Below, piece by piece: positions 46,113 through 55,741 of a DNA stretch of 59,782 nucleotides. Source of the DNA: Chloroflexota bacterium (lineage in GTDB: Bacteria; Chloroflexota; Dehalococcoidia; UBA2979); the NCBI GenBank assembly GCA_009839925.1, contig VXOS01000050.1:1-59782 (forward strand), given 5' to 3'. How positions within the stretch are numbered: the stretch's first letter is position 1; each line of letters begins with the position of its first letter. The position numbers and the translations under genes were made by a program. A model generated the notes under the pieces. The model searched no databases and was not told the DNA's origin. It was given only the letters and a program-made list of their open reading frames with translations.

Positions 46113-47054
46113 ATGAGGGGGCCAGTCCGCCACGTGTTACTGATTCGCGAGGAACTGCGTCGCGCGTCCACGCCGGGTGCGCATGCCCTGACACTCGGCG
46201 TCTTCGACGGCGTGCATCGCGGCCACCGGATGCTCTTCGAGCGGCTGCGCGCGGAGGCCGCGGCCCGCCAGCTCGGCGCCGGCATCGTCACCTTCCACCC
46301 CCATCCCATCACCGTCCTCCGCCCCGACATCGAGATCTCCTACCTCACCTCCCTCGAAACCCGCGTCGAACAGCTCCGCACCACGGGCGTCGACTTCGTC
46401 GCCGTCGTGCAGTTCACCTCGGAACTCGCGCAGGTCTCCGCCGAGGACTTCGCGCGCATCCTCATCGAGGAGACGGGCTTGAAGCTGATCGTTACCGGGC
46501 GCGACTTCGCGCTCGGCCGCAACCGCGAGGGCACGCCCGAGCGGCTCGGCGAGCTGGGCCTCGACCTCGGCTTCGAGGTGCAGCCGATCGAGCTGCTGCC
46601 CGAGGACGGCGCGCCCGTGTCCTCGACGCGCGTGCGCGAGGCGCTGGCCGGCGGCGCGATGGCCGACGCGGCGGAGCTGCTCGGCCGCCCCTTCGCGCTG
46701 CGTGGCCCGATCGTGCGCGGCGACGAGCGCGGCCGCACGATCGGCTTCCCGACCATCAATCTCGGCCTCAGCCCGGACCTCGCGCTCCCCGCCGACGGCG
46801 TCTACGTCTCGCGCACCGAGGTCGACGGGCGCCGCCTCGAGAGCTGCACGAACATCGGGATGCGGCCGACCTTCGCGGGCGTTCGGCGCTCGGTGGAGAC
46901 GCACCTGCTGGATTTCGAGGGCGACCTCTACGACCGGATCGCCTCGGTGGAGTTGCTGCACCGGCTGCGCCCGGAGCAGAAGTTCGACGGCCCGGAGGCG
47001 CTGATCACCCAGATCCGCCGCGACGTCGAGGAGACGCGGGCCTGGTTCGCATGA
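46113..47054 (+). CDS. ribF: bifunctional riboflavin kinase / FAD synthetase
   Basis: LTLGVFDGVHRGHRML (nucleotidyltransferase), SSTRVREAL, GFPTINL, and the E-containing kinase part LLDFEGDLYD. ATG 46113 is preferred over the upstream GTG. Confidence 0.85.
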   Translation: MRGPVRHVLLIREELRRASTPGAHALTLGVFDGVHRGHRMLFERLRAEAAARQLGAGIVTFHPHPITVLRPDIEISYLTSLETRVEQLRTTGVDFVAVVQFTSELAQVSAEDFARILIEETGLKLIVTGRDFALGRNREGTPERLGELGLDLGFEVQPIELLPEDGAPVSSTRVREALAGGAMADAAELLGRPFALRGPIVRGDERGRTIGFPTINLGLSPDLALPADGVYVSRTEVDGRRLESCTNIGMRPTFAGVRRSVETHLLDFEGDLYDRIASVELLHRLRPEQKFDGPEALITQIRRDVEETRAWFA

Positions 47055-48295
47055 GCGCAGCGATCGAGCAGCAGCTGGCCGCGATCATGCGCGGCGCGGA
47101 GTTCGGCGACGAGGCCACCGCACGCACGATGGAGCGCGAGCTGCGCGAACGCCTCGCCGAGGGCCGCCCGCTGCGCGTCTATTGCGGCTACGACCCGACC
47201 GCCGTCGATCTGCACCTCGGCCACACGCTGACGATGCGCAAGCTGCGCACCTTCCAGGACTTCGGCCACGAGGTCACGTTCCTGATCGGCAACTTCACCG
47301 GTCTCGTCGGCGACCCCTCGGACACCGACAAGACACGCCCGATGCTCTCGCCGGAACAGCTCGAGGAGAACAGCCAGACCTACGTGGACCAGGCGTTCCG
47401 CATCCTCGATCCGGAGCGCACGATCGTGCGGCGCAACGCGGACTGGCTCGGCAAGCTCAGCTTCGGCGACGTGCTGCGCCTCGCCTCGCACTTCACGGTG
47501 GCGCAGTTCCTGGAGCGCGACAACCTCGCGCGCCGTTTCGAGCGCCGCGACCCGATCCACGTGAGCGAGTTCCTCTACGCGTTGATGCAGGCCTACGACG
47601 CCGTCGCGATGGAGACCGACGTGCAGGTGGGCGGCAGTGACCAGCTCTTCAATCTGATGGCCGGGCGGGAGCTGCAGCGCGCGTATGGCCAGCAGCCGCA
47701 GATCGCGATCACGCTGCCGATCCTCACCGGCACCGACGGCCACGAAAAGATGTCGAAGTCGCTCGGCAACAACATCGGCATCGACGAGCCTCCGAACGAT
47801 CTGTTCGGCAAGGTGATGTCGATCCCGGACTCCTCGCTGCGCAACTACTTCACGCTGCTCACGGACCTCTCCGACATCGAGATTGAGGCGCTGCTCGGGG
47901 GCGCGGCGATGGAGGCCAAGAAGCGCCTCGCCTTCGAGATCACCGCCGGCCTGCACGACCCCGCCGCCGCCGAGGCGGCGCGCGACTACTTCGAGTCGAC
48001 ATTCCAGCGCCGCCAGACGCCCGACGAGATGCCCGAGTACGCGCTCGCGGCCGACGCTGACGGCGGCCCCGCGGGACGCCTCGACCGCGTGCTGGTCGAC
48101 GCCGAGCTGGCGAAGAGCGGCGCCGAGGTGCGGCGGCTCGTCGAGCAGGGCGCGGTGCGCGTCAACGGCGAGCCGGTCGACACCTTCGACCGTGCGGTCC
48201 GCCCGGGCGACGAGCTGCGCGTGGGACGCCGTCGCTTCCTCCGGCTCGTCGAGGGCGGCGCCGTCGCGCAACAGTCGGGGGGGCCCGATGCTTGA
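47051..48295 (+). CDS. tyrS: tyrosine--tRNA ligase
   Basis: ATGA overlap with ribF. YCGYDPTAVDLHLGH (HIGH), KMSKS (EKMSKSLGN) and a C-terminal S4-like domain (VRVNGEPV). Confidence 0.9.
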   Translation: MSAAIEQQLAAIMRGAEFGDEATARTMERELRERLAEGRPLRVYCGYDPTAVDLHLGHTLTMRKLRTFQDFGHEVTFLIGNFTGLVGDPSDTDKTRPMLSPEQLEENSQTYVDQAFRILDPERTIVRRNADWLGKLSFGDVLRLASHFTVAQFLERDNLARRFERRDPIHVSEFLYALMQAYDAVAMETDVQVGGSDQLFNLMAGRELQRAYGQQPQIAITLPILTGTDGHEKMSKSLGNNIGIDEPPNDLFGKVMSIPDSSLRNYFTLLTDLSDIEIEALLGGAAMEAKKRLAFEITAGLHDPAAAEAARDYFESTFQRRQTPDEMPEYALAADADGGPAGRLDRVLVDAELAKSGAEVRRLVEQGAVRVNGEPVDTFDRAVRPGDELRVGRRRFLRLVEGGAVAQQSGGPDA

Positions 48296-48746
48296 CGGAG
48301 GCTACGAGCTGGACATCGAGGGCGTCCTCGAGAACGTGGACGAGGCCGAGGTGGTCTCGATCTACTTCCCGATGCTGCGCCGGACCCTGCTCATGGATAC
48401 GCGATCCGACAAGCTCGTCCGCCCGTACATCGGCATCGTCCCGATGGTACGCAACTCGACCGAGCGCTTCGAATCGCTGAAGCGGCTGCGTCCGCGGCTG
48501 CCTCGTCCAGACTCGATCACGCTGATTCCGTGGATCCGGCGCGTCGGCGCGCTGGAGGAGGCGGGTGTCTGGGAGCGCGTGCTCGCGCGCCTCGAGGGCG
48601 AAGGCGGCGCGGCCGAACTGGAGCGCGCGTGCGACTGCCTGGCGGAGCTCTACACCCTGGAGCAGCAGGAACTCGGCAACGCGATCCGGGGCCGCCAGTA
48701 CGAGACGATCTGGCGCAATCCGGAGCCGGGCTCCGCGCCGGCCTGA
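48288..48746 (+). CDS. hypothetical protein (152 aa), overlaps the tyrS 3' end by 8 nt
   Basis: ATG at 48288 in the frame of ORF 47883..48746. Balanced, non-repetitive composition (MLDGGYELDIEGVLENVDEAEVVSIYFPML...). No motif recognised. Confidence 0.4.
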   Translation: MLDGGYELDIEGVLENVDEAEVVSIYFPMLRRTLLMDTRSDKLVRPYIGIVPMVRNSTERFESLKRLRPRLPRPDSITLIPWIRRVGALEEAGVWERVLARLEGEGGAAELERACDCLAELYTLEQQELGNAIRGRQYETIWRNPEPGSAPA

Positions 48747-48786
48747 GGGCGCCTCGAGCCTTCCGATCAGGACAGCCTGGGCCAGC

Positions 48787-50838
48787 CTACGCCTCTGCGG
48801 CGGCCTGCAGCTCCTTCAGCACCTGCTCCTGCACGTGCACCGGCACCTCGGCGTAGCGGTCGACCGCGACGGTGAAGGTGCCGCGGCCGTTGGTCATCGA
48901 GCGCAGGTCCGGGCCGTAGCGCTGGATCTCGGCGAGGGGGGCCTCGCCGTGGATCACGCTGTAGTCGCCCTCGGTGTCCACGCCGTGCACCTGGCCGCGC
49001 CGGCCGTTGAGATCGCTCATCACGTCGCCGACGCGGTCGCCGGGGACGCGCACGACGAGCCGCACGATCGGCTCCAGCAGGATCGGCCGCGCATCGAGGA
49101 AGCCCTGCTTCAGCGCCTGCGAGGCGGCCAGCTTGAACGCCATCTCCGACGAGTCCACCGAGTGCGATGAGCCGTCGAGCAGCGTCACCCGCACATCGAC
49201 GATCGGCGCGTGCGCGAGCGGGCCGTCCGGCAGTGTCTCCATCAGGCCCTTCTCGACCGCGGGGATGAACTGGCGCGGCACGTTTCCGCCGACGACCTTC
49301 TCCTCGAAGCTGAAGCCGGCGCCGCGCTCGGCCGGGTCGATCTCGATAACCACGTGGCCGTACTGGCCGTGTCCGCCGGTCTGCTTCTTGTGCTTGTACT
49401 CGGACTTCGCCTTCGTGGTGACCGTCTCGCGGTAGGGCACCAGCGGGATGCTCACGTCGACCTCGACGCCGTAGTTCTTCTCCAGGCGCGCGGCGGCGAT
49501 GTTCGCCTGCGCGTCGCCGATCGTCGACATCACCGTCTCGCTCGTGTTCGCGTCGCGCGCGACGAGGATGGTCGGGTCCTGCTCGACGAGCCGCTGGAGG
49601 GCCGACGAGAGCTTGTCCACGTCCGCCTTCGTCTTCGGGTGGAGCGCGGAGCGGAACGTCGCCTCGGGGAAGGGCAGGCCCGGCACGCGCTCGCCCTGCC
49701 CGTCGCTGCCGAGGAGGGTGTCGCCGGTCATCGTCTCGGCGAGCTTGGCGGCAACGCCGATGTCGCCCGCCGCGAGCTGCGGTGTCTCGATCTGCTCCTT
49801 GCCGCGCTGGATGAAGAGGTGCCCCAACCGCTCGCTGTTGCGCCGGTCCGGGTTGTACGGGTTGGCGTTCGGCGTCAGCACGCCGCTCAGCACCTTCATG
49901 AACGTCAGCCGGCCGACGAAGGGGTCCGCCGCGGTCTTGAAGACATGCACCACCAGCGGCCCGTCCGCCTCCGTCGTGCAGGAGCCATCGACCAGCTCGT
50001 GCTCGCGCCCCAGCGGCGAGGGCAGCAGCCGCGCGACCTCGTTCATCAGGGTGCGCACGCCGACGCCGCTGACGGAGCAGACCGGCAGTACGGGCACCAC
50101 GTCGCCGGCGGCGACCGCGGCGGCCAGCACCGCGGCGACGCGATCAGGAGGCAGCTCCTCGCCCTCGAGGTACAGCTCGAGCAGCTCGTCGTCGGTCTCG
50201 GCGATCGACTCGATCAGCTGCTCGCGCGCGGCCTCGATCTCGTCGGCGAGGTCGTCGGGCGCATCGCCCGCGGTCGCGTCGGCGCCCATGCGCGCCTCGC
50301 CGCTGGCGAGGTGTACGACGCCCTCGAAGTTGTCGGCGGCGCCAATCGGGATCGCGAGCGGCACCACCTTCACGCCGAAGCGGTCGCGCATCGATTCGAG
50401 GACCTGCTGGAAGTCCGCATGCTCGCGGTCCATCCGCGTGACGGCGACGAAGCGGGCCAGACCGCGCGCCTCCGCCTGACTCCAGGCCAGCTCGGCGCCG
50501 GGCTCGATGCCGCTCGAGGCGTCGACGGCGATGAGTGCGGAGTCAGCGGCGGCGAGCCCGCTGACCACCTCGCCGATGAAGTCGGCGTAGCCGGGCGTGT
50601 CGATCACGTTGAGGCGCGTCCCGGCCCACTCGACGGGGAGCATCGAGAGCGAGATGGAGTAGGTGCGGGCGTGCTCCTCGGGGTCGTAGTCGGAGACGGT
50701 GTTGCCGTCCTCGACGCGGCCGAGGCGATTGGTGACACCGGAGGCGAAGAGCATCGCCTCGCCCAGCATCGTCTTCCCCGCCCCGCTGTGGCCCAGCAGG
50801 ACGACGTTGCGAAGCTGTTCGGACGTGTAGGCGTTCAT
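48787..50838 (-). CDS. elongation factor G family GTPase (stand-alone EF-G paralogue)
   Basis: 683 aa. G1 LLGHSGAGKT, G3 DTPGYADF, then domains II-V in the EF-G pattern (HKKQTGGHGQYGHV). It is not next to rpsL/rpsG/tuf. Confidence 0.85.
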   Translation of the reverse strand: MNAYTSEQLRNVVLLGHSGAGKTMLGEAMLFASGVTNRLGRVEDGNTVSDYDPEEHARTYSISLSMLPVEWAGTRLNVIDTPGYADFIGEVVSGLAAADSALIAVDASSGIEPGAELAWSQAEARGLARFVAVTRMDREHADFQQVLESMRDRFGVKVVPLAIPIGAADNFEGVVHLASGEARMGADATAGDAPDDLADEIEAAREQLIESIAETDDELLELYLEGEELPPDRVAAVLAAAVAAGDVVPVLPVCSVSGVGVRTLMNEVARLLPSPLGREHELVDGSCTTEADGPLVVHVFKTAADPFVGRLTFMKVLSGVLTPNANPYNPDRRNSERLGHLFIQRGKEQIETPQLAAGDIGVAAKLAETMTGDTLLGSDGQGERVPGLPFPEATFRSALHPKTKADVDKLSSALQRLVEQDPTILVARDANTSETVMSTIGDAQANIAAARLEKNYGVEVDVSIPLVPYRETVTTKAKSEYKHKKQTGGHGQYGHVVIEIDPAERGAGFSFEEKVVGGNVPRQFIPAVEKGLMETLPDGPLAHAPIVDVRVTLLDGSSHSVDSSEMAFKLAASQALKQGFLDARPILLEPIVRLVVRVPGDRVGDVMSDLNGRRGQVHGVDTEGDYSVIHGEAPLAEIQRYGPDLRSMTNGRGTFTVAVDRYAEVPVHVQEQVLKELQAAAEA

Positions 50839-50907
50839 CGTGTCGGCACCCCCTCCGCACCTCGTGGCGGGGATGGTACACCGCGCGAGCGTGCTGGGGC
50901 AGGCGGG

Positions 50908-51237
50908 TCACGCCTCGGCAGCCTCGCTGTGCCCTACGCGGAACAGTCGCGTGTCGCCTACCATCATGTACGAAGGGAACCGCCGAATCCCCGAGTCGGG
51001 GCAGGAGAGGTAGTGCACCCGAGCCACCCGCAACCCCTCCTGGTTCTCGATCCGCGTGTAGTACGATATTCCGCCAGCACACCAGTCGGTGGTGGCTGGG
51101 ACAGGTGAATCGGGTCCCAGGACCTCTGAGAGCACCCCGCTCTCAACCTTCTCCCAGATGCGGAGCGCATCGAAGAGCTGGCTGAGGAGCGGTTCGGACA
51201 CGCGAACAGGGATTGCGCGAGCCAGGGAGACCTCCAA
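50908..51237 (-). CDS. hypothetical protein (109 aa)
   Basis: ORF in a locally lower-GC patch. The start codon is apparently TTG (revcomp of 51235-37). No motif recognised, so coding status is uncertain. Confidence 0.3.
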   Translation of the reverse strand: MEVSLARAIPVRVSEPLLSQLFDALRIWEKVESGVLSEVLGPDSPVPATTDWCAGGISYYTRIENQEGLRVARVHYLSCPDSGIRRFPSYMMVGDTRLFRVGHSEAAEA

Positions 51238-51497
51238 TGCCCCTGACGCTACTCCAGAACGAGCTTCTGCTCACCCTGAACTCGTACCTCGCCGGTGATA
51301 TCTCGATGGACGACGTTCGCGGCTGGGAGGTCTCTATAACCGACAGCAGCGAGGTCGGTCCCGCCGAGGCCGAGATGATCGAACGCCTCGCCCTTGTCGC
51401 GGAAACGGTGACCAGCGGAGCGGCGGACGAGGATCGCTTCGCCGCCGAGGCTCGACGTTGCGCGAACCGCCTCAAGGCCGAACCCACCCGCGCCTGA
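51237..51497 (+). CDS. hypothetical acidic protein (86 aa)
   Basis: ATG at 51237 preceded by GGGAGA. MPLTLLQNELLLTLNSYLAGDISMDDVRGWE... Divergent from the previous ORF. No motif recognised. Confidence 0.35.
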   Translation: MPLTLLQNELLLTLNSYLAGDISMDDVRGWEVSITDSSEVGPAEAEMIERLALVAETVTSGAADEDRFAAEARRCANRLKAEPTRA

Positions 51498-51505
51498 GAC
51501 GGCTC

Positions 51506-53227
51506 CTACGCCGCAGGCCGCAGGTCCAGCACCTCGAGCTGCAGGGTGCCGCGGAAGTTGTCCTTGCTGAACGTGTATACGATGTCCGCCTCCTCGCCGT
51601 CCGGCACCGCGTGCTCCGCGAGGCCGAAGGCGATCGCCCGCCAGCTCACCCGGTTCTCCTTGAGCGTGAACTGCAGGTGCGACCCGTCCTGCCCGACGGC
51701 GCGGTTGTTGAGGATGCGCACCGCCCTCGCGAGGAAGCGCGGCGTCGGGTTGCCGATGCCGTGCGGACCCAGCTGCTGCAGGCGGCGCAGCAGCTCCCCG
51801 TTGACGGCGGCGAGCGGCAACTCCGCTTCCACATCGATCGTCGGCGTCAGATCCTCGGAGGTCAGGTGCTCGGCGGCGTCGGCTACGAGGCGTTCGCGCA
51901 GCTCGGGGAGCCGGGACGCCTCGATGCTGAAGCCGGCGGCGGCGCGGTGGCCCCCGTAGCGCAGGAACAGGTCGTCGTGGCGGCGCAGCAGCGCCGTGAC
52001 GTCGAAGGCGTCGATCGAGCGGCACGAGGCACGGCCCTCGCCGTCGGCGATCTGGATCGCGATCGCCGGGCGGTGGTGCGCCCCGACGAGCCGCCCGGCG
52101 ACGAGCCCGACGATGCCCGACGAGATCTGCTCGCTGGCCACGATCAGCAGCGGCGCGGCCAGCTGCTCCGGGGTCAGCAGCCCCGCCGCCAGGTCGAGGG
52201 CGGCCGTCGTCTCCTCGCGGCGCTCGTGGTTGAGCCGGTCGAGCTCGGCGGCGAGACGGCGCGCCTCGTCCTCGTCGTCGGTCAGCAACAGGTCGAGCGC
52301 GGTGCTGGCATGCGCCATCCGCCCGGCGGCGTTGAGCCGCGGGCCGAGTTGCCAGCCGCACGTGTCGGGATCCGCCTCGCCGAGGTCGACCCTGGCCACC
52401 CCGGCGAGGGCACGCAGGCCCGGCCGCTTCGAGCGCCTCAGCGCATGGAGTCCGATGCGCACCAGGTCGCGGTTCTCGCCGAGCATCGGCGCGAGGTCGC
52501 AGACCGTCCCGAGGGCGACCAGCGCGCGGTGCTCCTCGGGCGAACCGTCGCGGCCGGCGCGCTCGTACAGGTGATCCACCACCTTGTGCGCGACGCCGAC
52601 GGCGGCGGGTTCGGAGCCGTACTGGGATCCCGCGAGCTTCGGGTTGACGAGCGCGAGCGCGTCCGGGAGCTGATCCGGCACGGTGTGGTGGTCGATCACG
52701 ATCACGTCCATGCCCAGCTCGTTCGCCAGCTCCACCTCGCGCAGCGCCGAGGTGCCACAGTCCGCCGTGACCAGCACGCTCGCGCCCTGCGCGTGCAGCG
52801 TGCGGACCGCCTGCGGGTTGGGCCCGTAGCCCTCGCTGAAGCGATCCGGGATGTAGGGCAGCGGCTGCGCGCCAAGCTCGCGCAGGCCCTCGCTCAGAAT
52901 CGTCGTCGAGGTCAGCCCGTCGACATCGAAGTCGCCGAGGACCGCCACTGTCTCGCCCTCCGTGCAGGCCCGCTGCAGCCGCTCGACGGCGATGTCGAGG
53001 TCCGGCATCAGCGCGGGGTCCGTAAGCTCCCCAGGCTCGCCGAGGTAGGCGGTCGCCTCCTCGATGCTGCGCACGCCGCGGTTCGCGAGCAGGACGGAGA
53101 TCAGGCGCGGCCACTCGGCGCCCTCGAACGCATCGAGGTCGGGCACGGCGCGCAGGCGCCAGCGGCGTCCGCCGGAGCCGTCGATGAGCCGTGCGCCAGT
53201 GGTCGGAGCGGTCGAGTTAGTCGTCAT
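51506..53227 (-). CDS. recJ: single-stranded-DNA-specific exonuclease RecJ
   Basis: DHH-family motifs: VLGDFDVDGLTS, TADCGT, VIVIDHH, GGHRAAAGF. Confidence 0.9.
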   Translation of the reverse strand: MTTNSTAPTTGARLIDGSGGRRWRLRAVPDLDAFEGAEWPRLISVLLANRGVRSIEEATAYLGEPGELTDPALMPDLDIAVERLQRACTEGETVAVLGDFDVDGLTSTTILSEGLRELGAQPLPYIPDRFSEGYGPNPQAVRTLHAQGASVLVTADCGTSALREVELANELGMDVIVIDHHTVPDQLPDALALVNPKLAGSQYGSEPAAVGVAHKVVDHLYERAGRDGSPEEHRALVALGTVCDLAPMLGENRDLVRIGLHALRRSKRPGLRALAGVARVDLGEADPDTCGWQLGPRLNAAGRMAHASTALDLLLTDDEDEARRLAAELDRLNHERREETTAALDLAAGLLTPEQLAAPLLIVASEQISSGIVGLVAGRLVGAHHRPAIAIQIADGEGRASCRSIDAFDVTALLRRHDDLFLRYGGHRAAAGFSIEASRLPELRERLVADAAEHLTSEDLTPTIDVEAELPLAAVNGELLRRLQQLGPHGIGNPTPRFLARAVRILNNRAVGQDGSHLQFTLKENRVSWRAIAFGLAEHAVPDGEEADIVYTFSKDNFRGTLQLEVLDLRPAA

Positions 53228-54482
53228 ACCTCCGGAACAGCAGGGAGGAGTTGTGACCGCCGAAACCCAGGGAGTTCATCATCGCGTACTCGACATCCAC
53301 GTCCCGCGCGCCCTCGGCCACGTAGTCGAGGTCGCAGTCGGGGTCGGGGATCTCGAGGTTTCGGGTCATGTGCAGGCGCTGGTCGCGGAGCGAGAGCACG
53401 GTGACCGCGGATTCGATGCCGCCCGCCGCGCCGAGGGTGTGACCAAGCATCGACTTCGTCGAGTTGACGGGGATGCCGAGGGCCGATTCGCCGAAGACCG
53501 CCTTGATCGACATCGTCTCGAACTTGTCGTTGAGCGGCGTGCTGGTGCCGTGCGCGTTGATGTAGCCGACGTCGCTCGCGGCGACTCCGCCCTTGCGCAG
53601 CGCGATGTTCATCGCGCGCGCCGCGCCTTCCCCGTTCTCGGACGGTTGCGTGACGTGGAAGGCGTCGGCGGACTGTCCGTAGGAGACGGCCTCGGCGAGG
53701 ATCGTCGCCCCGCGCGCCTTCGCGTATTCGAGCTCCTCGAGGACCAGCGTGCCCGCGCCCTCGGCCAGCACGAAGCCGTCGCGCTCGAGGTCGAACGGGC
53801 GCGAGGCGTGCTCGGGGTCGTCGTTGCGCTGGGTGGAGAGCGCGCGCGAGGCGTGGAAGGCGGCGAGGCCCATCCGCGTCACGCAGGCGTCGCTGCCGCC
53901 GGTGATCATCGCGAGGGCGTCGCCGCGGCGGATCACCTCGAGGGCGGTGCCGATCGCGTCGGCGCCGGAGGCGCAGGCGGAGACGGTGTTGTAGTTCGGA
54001 CCGCGCGCGCCGAAGCGAATCGAGACCTGGCCGGCGGCCATGTCCGGGATGAAGGCGGGCACGAGGAAGGGCGAGATGCGGCTCGGCCCCTTCTCGAACA
54101 TCACCTTGAACTGGTCCTCGAGCCAGGTGAGGCCGCCCATGCCCGAGCCGATCATCGCCCCGACCTCGTTGGCGATCGGCGCGATGTCCAGGCCGGACTG
54201 CTCGATGGCTTCCTGCGTGGCCGCGATCGAGAGCTGGACGAAGCGGTCCATGCGCCGCGCGTCCTTGCGGTCGATGTAGTCGAGCGGGTTGAAGTCGGGC
54301 GCCTCGCCGGCAATACGCGAGCCGAGGTCCGAGGCTTCGCAGAGCGTGACCGGCCCGATGCCGTTCTCGCCCGCGAGCAGGGCGTCCCACGTCTCCTCGC
54401 GGCCGACGCCGACCGCGGTGACGAGGCCGACGCCGGTCACCACGACGCGGCGCTGCGCCGTCTGGCCCGCTCCCTCAGCCAT
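53217..54482 (-). CDS. fabF: beta-ketoacyl-ACP synthase II
   Basis: ATG at 54482 shares one nt with the upstream stop. Active-site VSACASG, NAHGTSTPLND, STKSMLGHTLGAAG and GFGGHN are all present. Confidence 0.9.
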   Translation of the reverse strand: MAEGAGQTAQRRVVVTGVGLVTAVGVGREETWDALLAGENGIGPVTLCEASDLGSRIAGEAPDFNPLDYIDRKDARRMDRFVQLSIAATQEAIEQSGLDIAPIANEVGAMIGSGMGGLTWLEDQFKVMFEKGPSRISPFLVPAFIPDMAAGQVSIRFGARGPNYNTVSACASGADAIGTALEVIRRGDALAMITGGSDACVTRMGLAAFHASRALSTQRNDDPEHASRPFDLERDGFVLAEGAGTLVLEELEYAKARGATILAEAVSYGQSADAFHVTQPSENGEGAARAMNIALRKGGVAASDVGYINAHGTSTPLNDKFETMSIKAVFGESALGIPVNSTKSMLGHTLGAAGGIESAVTVLSLRDQRLHMTRNLEIPDPDCDLDYVAEGARDVDVEYAMMNSLGFGGHNSSLLFRRYDD

Positions 54483-55741
54483 CACGCACCCTCCCAGCGT
54501 CCGAAGAGCAGGACCGAATTGTGTCCGCCGAGGCCGACCGAGGTGCTCATCGCGCGTCGTACCTCCATTGGCCTCGCCTCGTTCGGCACGTAGTCGAGGT
54601 CGCACTCCGGGTCGCGCGTACGATAGTTGATTGTAGGCGGTGCGATCTGCCGATCGCAGGCGAGCACCGCCACCGCCGCCTCCAGCGCGCCCGCCGCGCC
54701 CATCATGTGCCCCAGCATCGACTTCGTCGAGGACACGGCGATCCGGTCGGCGTCCTCGCCGAACACGGTGCGGATCGCCAGCGTCTCGACGCGGTCGTTG
54801 AGCGGCGTGCCCGTCCCGTGCGCGTTGAGGTAGTCGACCTCGTCCGTCGCCACCCCGGACCCGTCGAGCACCCAGCGCATCGCGCGCACGATGCCGCGGC
54901 CGTCATCGGCGGCGGCCGCCATGTCGAAGGCGTCGCTGGCCGTGGCCGCGCCCTCCCACTCGGCGTAGATGCGCGCGCCGCGAGCGAGCGCGTGATCGAG
55001 CTCCTCGAGGATCAGCACGCTGGCGCCCTCGGAGATCACGAAGCCGTTGCGCTCGCCGTCGAAGGGGCGCGAGGCCTGTGTCGGGTCATCGTGGACGGCG
55101 AGGGCGCGCATCGCCTGGAAGCCGGCGTAGTAGATCGGCTTCAGGGGCGCCTCGAAGCCACCGGCGATGATCACGTCGGCGGCGCCACGGCGGATCATCT
55201 CCGCCGCCTCGCCGACGGCGGCCCCGCCCGTCGCGCCGGCGGCGGTGCCGGCCAGGTTCGGGCCGCCCGCGCCGCGCGCGATCGCGACGAGGCCGGGGGC
55301 CGGGTCCGGCAGCAGGTTGGGGGGCAGGAAGGGGCTGACCCGGCGCGGCCCGCGGTCGTCCAGCACCTGCTGGTTCTCGACGATCAGGTGCGCCCCGCCG
55401 ATGCCCGTCCCCAGCACGATGCCGACGCTGCCCGGTGGCTGCCGCTCCAGATCGAGCTGCGCATCCTGCACCGCCTGCTTCGAGGCCGCTATCGCCAGCA
55501 CCGAGGAGCGATCGATGCGCCTCGCGAGCTTGGGGTCGGCGTGCTGTGCGGGGTCGAAGCCCCGCAGCTCGCCTGCAATCGGGCACTCGAAGGCCGAGGC
55601 GTCGAAGGCGGTGATCGGAGCGATACCCGAGCGGCCTTCGATCAGGCCGTCCCAGGTCGATTCAGTGTCAAGTCCGAGGGGCGTGAGCAGTCCGAGGCCC
55701 GTGACCGCAACCCGGCGCGGCGCCTGAGCGATCGGCGTCAT
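54482..55741 (-). CDS. ketosynthase-like protein lacking the catalytic Cys (KS-beta / chain-length-factor-like)
   Basis: 419 aa, collinear with FabF. NAHGTGTPLND, STKSMLGHMMGAAG and GLGGHN are conserved. The nucleophile position reads GTAAGATGG, with a GGC Gly codon at 55235-55237 where FabF has Cys. Confidence 0.8.
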   Translation of the reverse strand: MTPIAQAPRRVAVTGLGLLTPLGLDTESTWDGLIEGRSGIAPITAFDASAFECPIAGELRGFDPAQHADPKLARRIDRSSVLAIAASKQAVQDAQLDLERQPPGSVGIVLGTGIGGAHLIVENQQVLDDRGPRRVSPFLPPNLLPDPAPGLVAIARGAGGPNLAGTAAGATGGAAVGEAAEMIRRGAADVIIAGGFEAPLKPIYYAGFQAMRALAVHDDPTQASRPFDGERNGFVISEGASVLILEELDHALARGARIYAEWEGAATASDAFDMAAAADDGRGIVRAMRWVLDGSGVATDEVDYLNAHGTGTPLNDRVETLAIRTVFGEDADRIAVSSTKSMLGHMMGAAGALEAAVAVLACDRQIAPPTINYRTRDPECDLDYVPNEARPMEVRRAMSTSVGLGGHNSVLLFGRWEGA

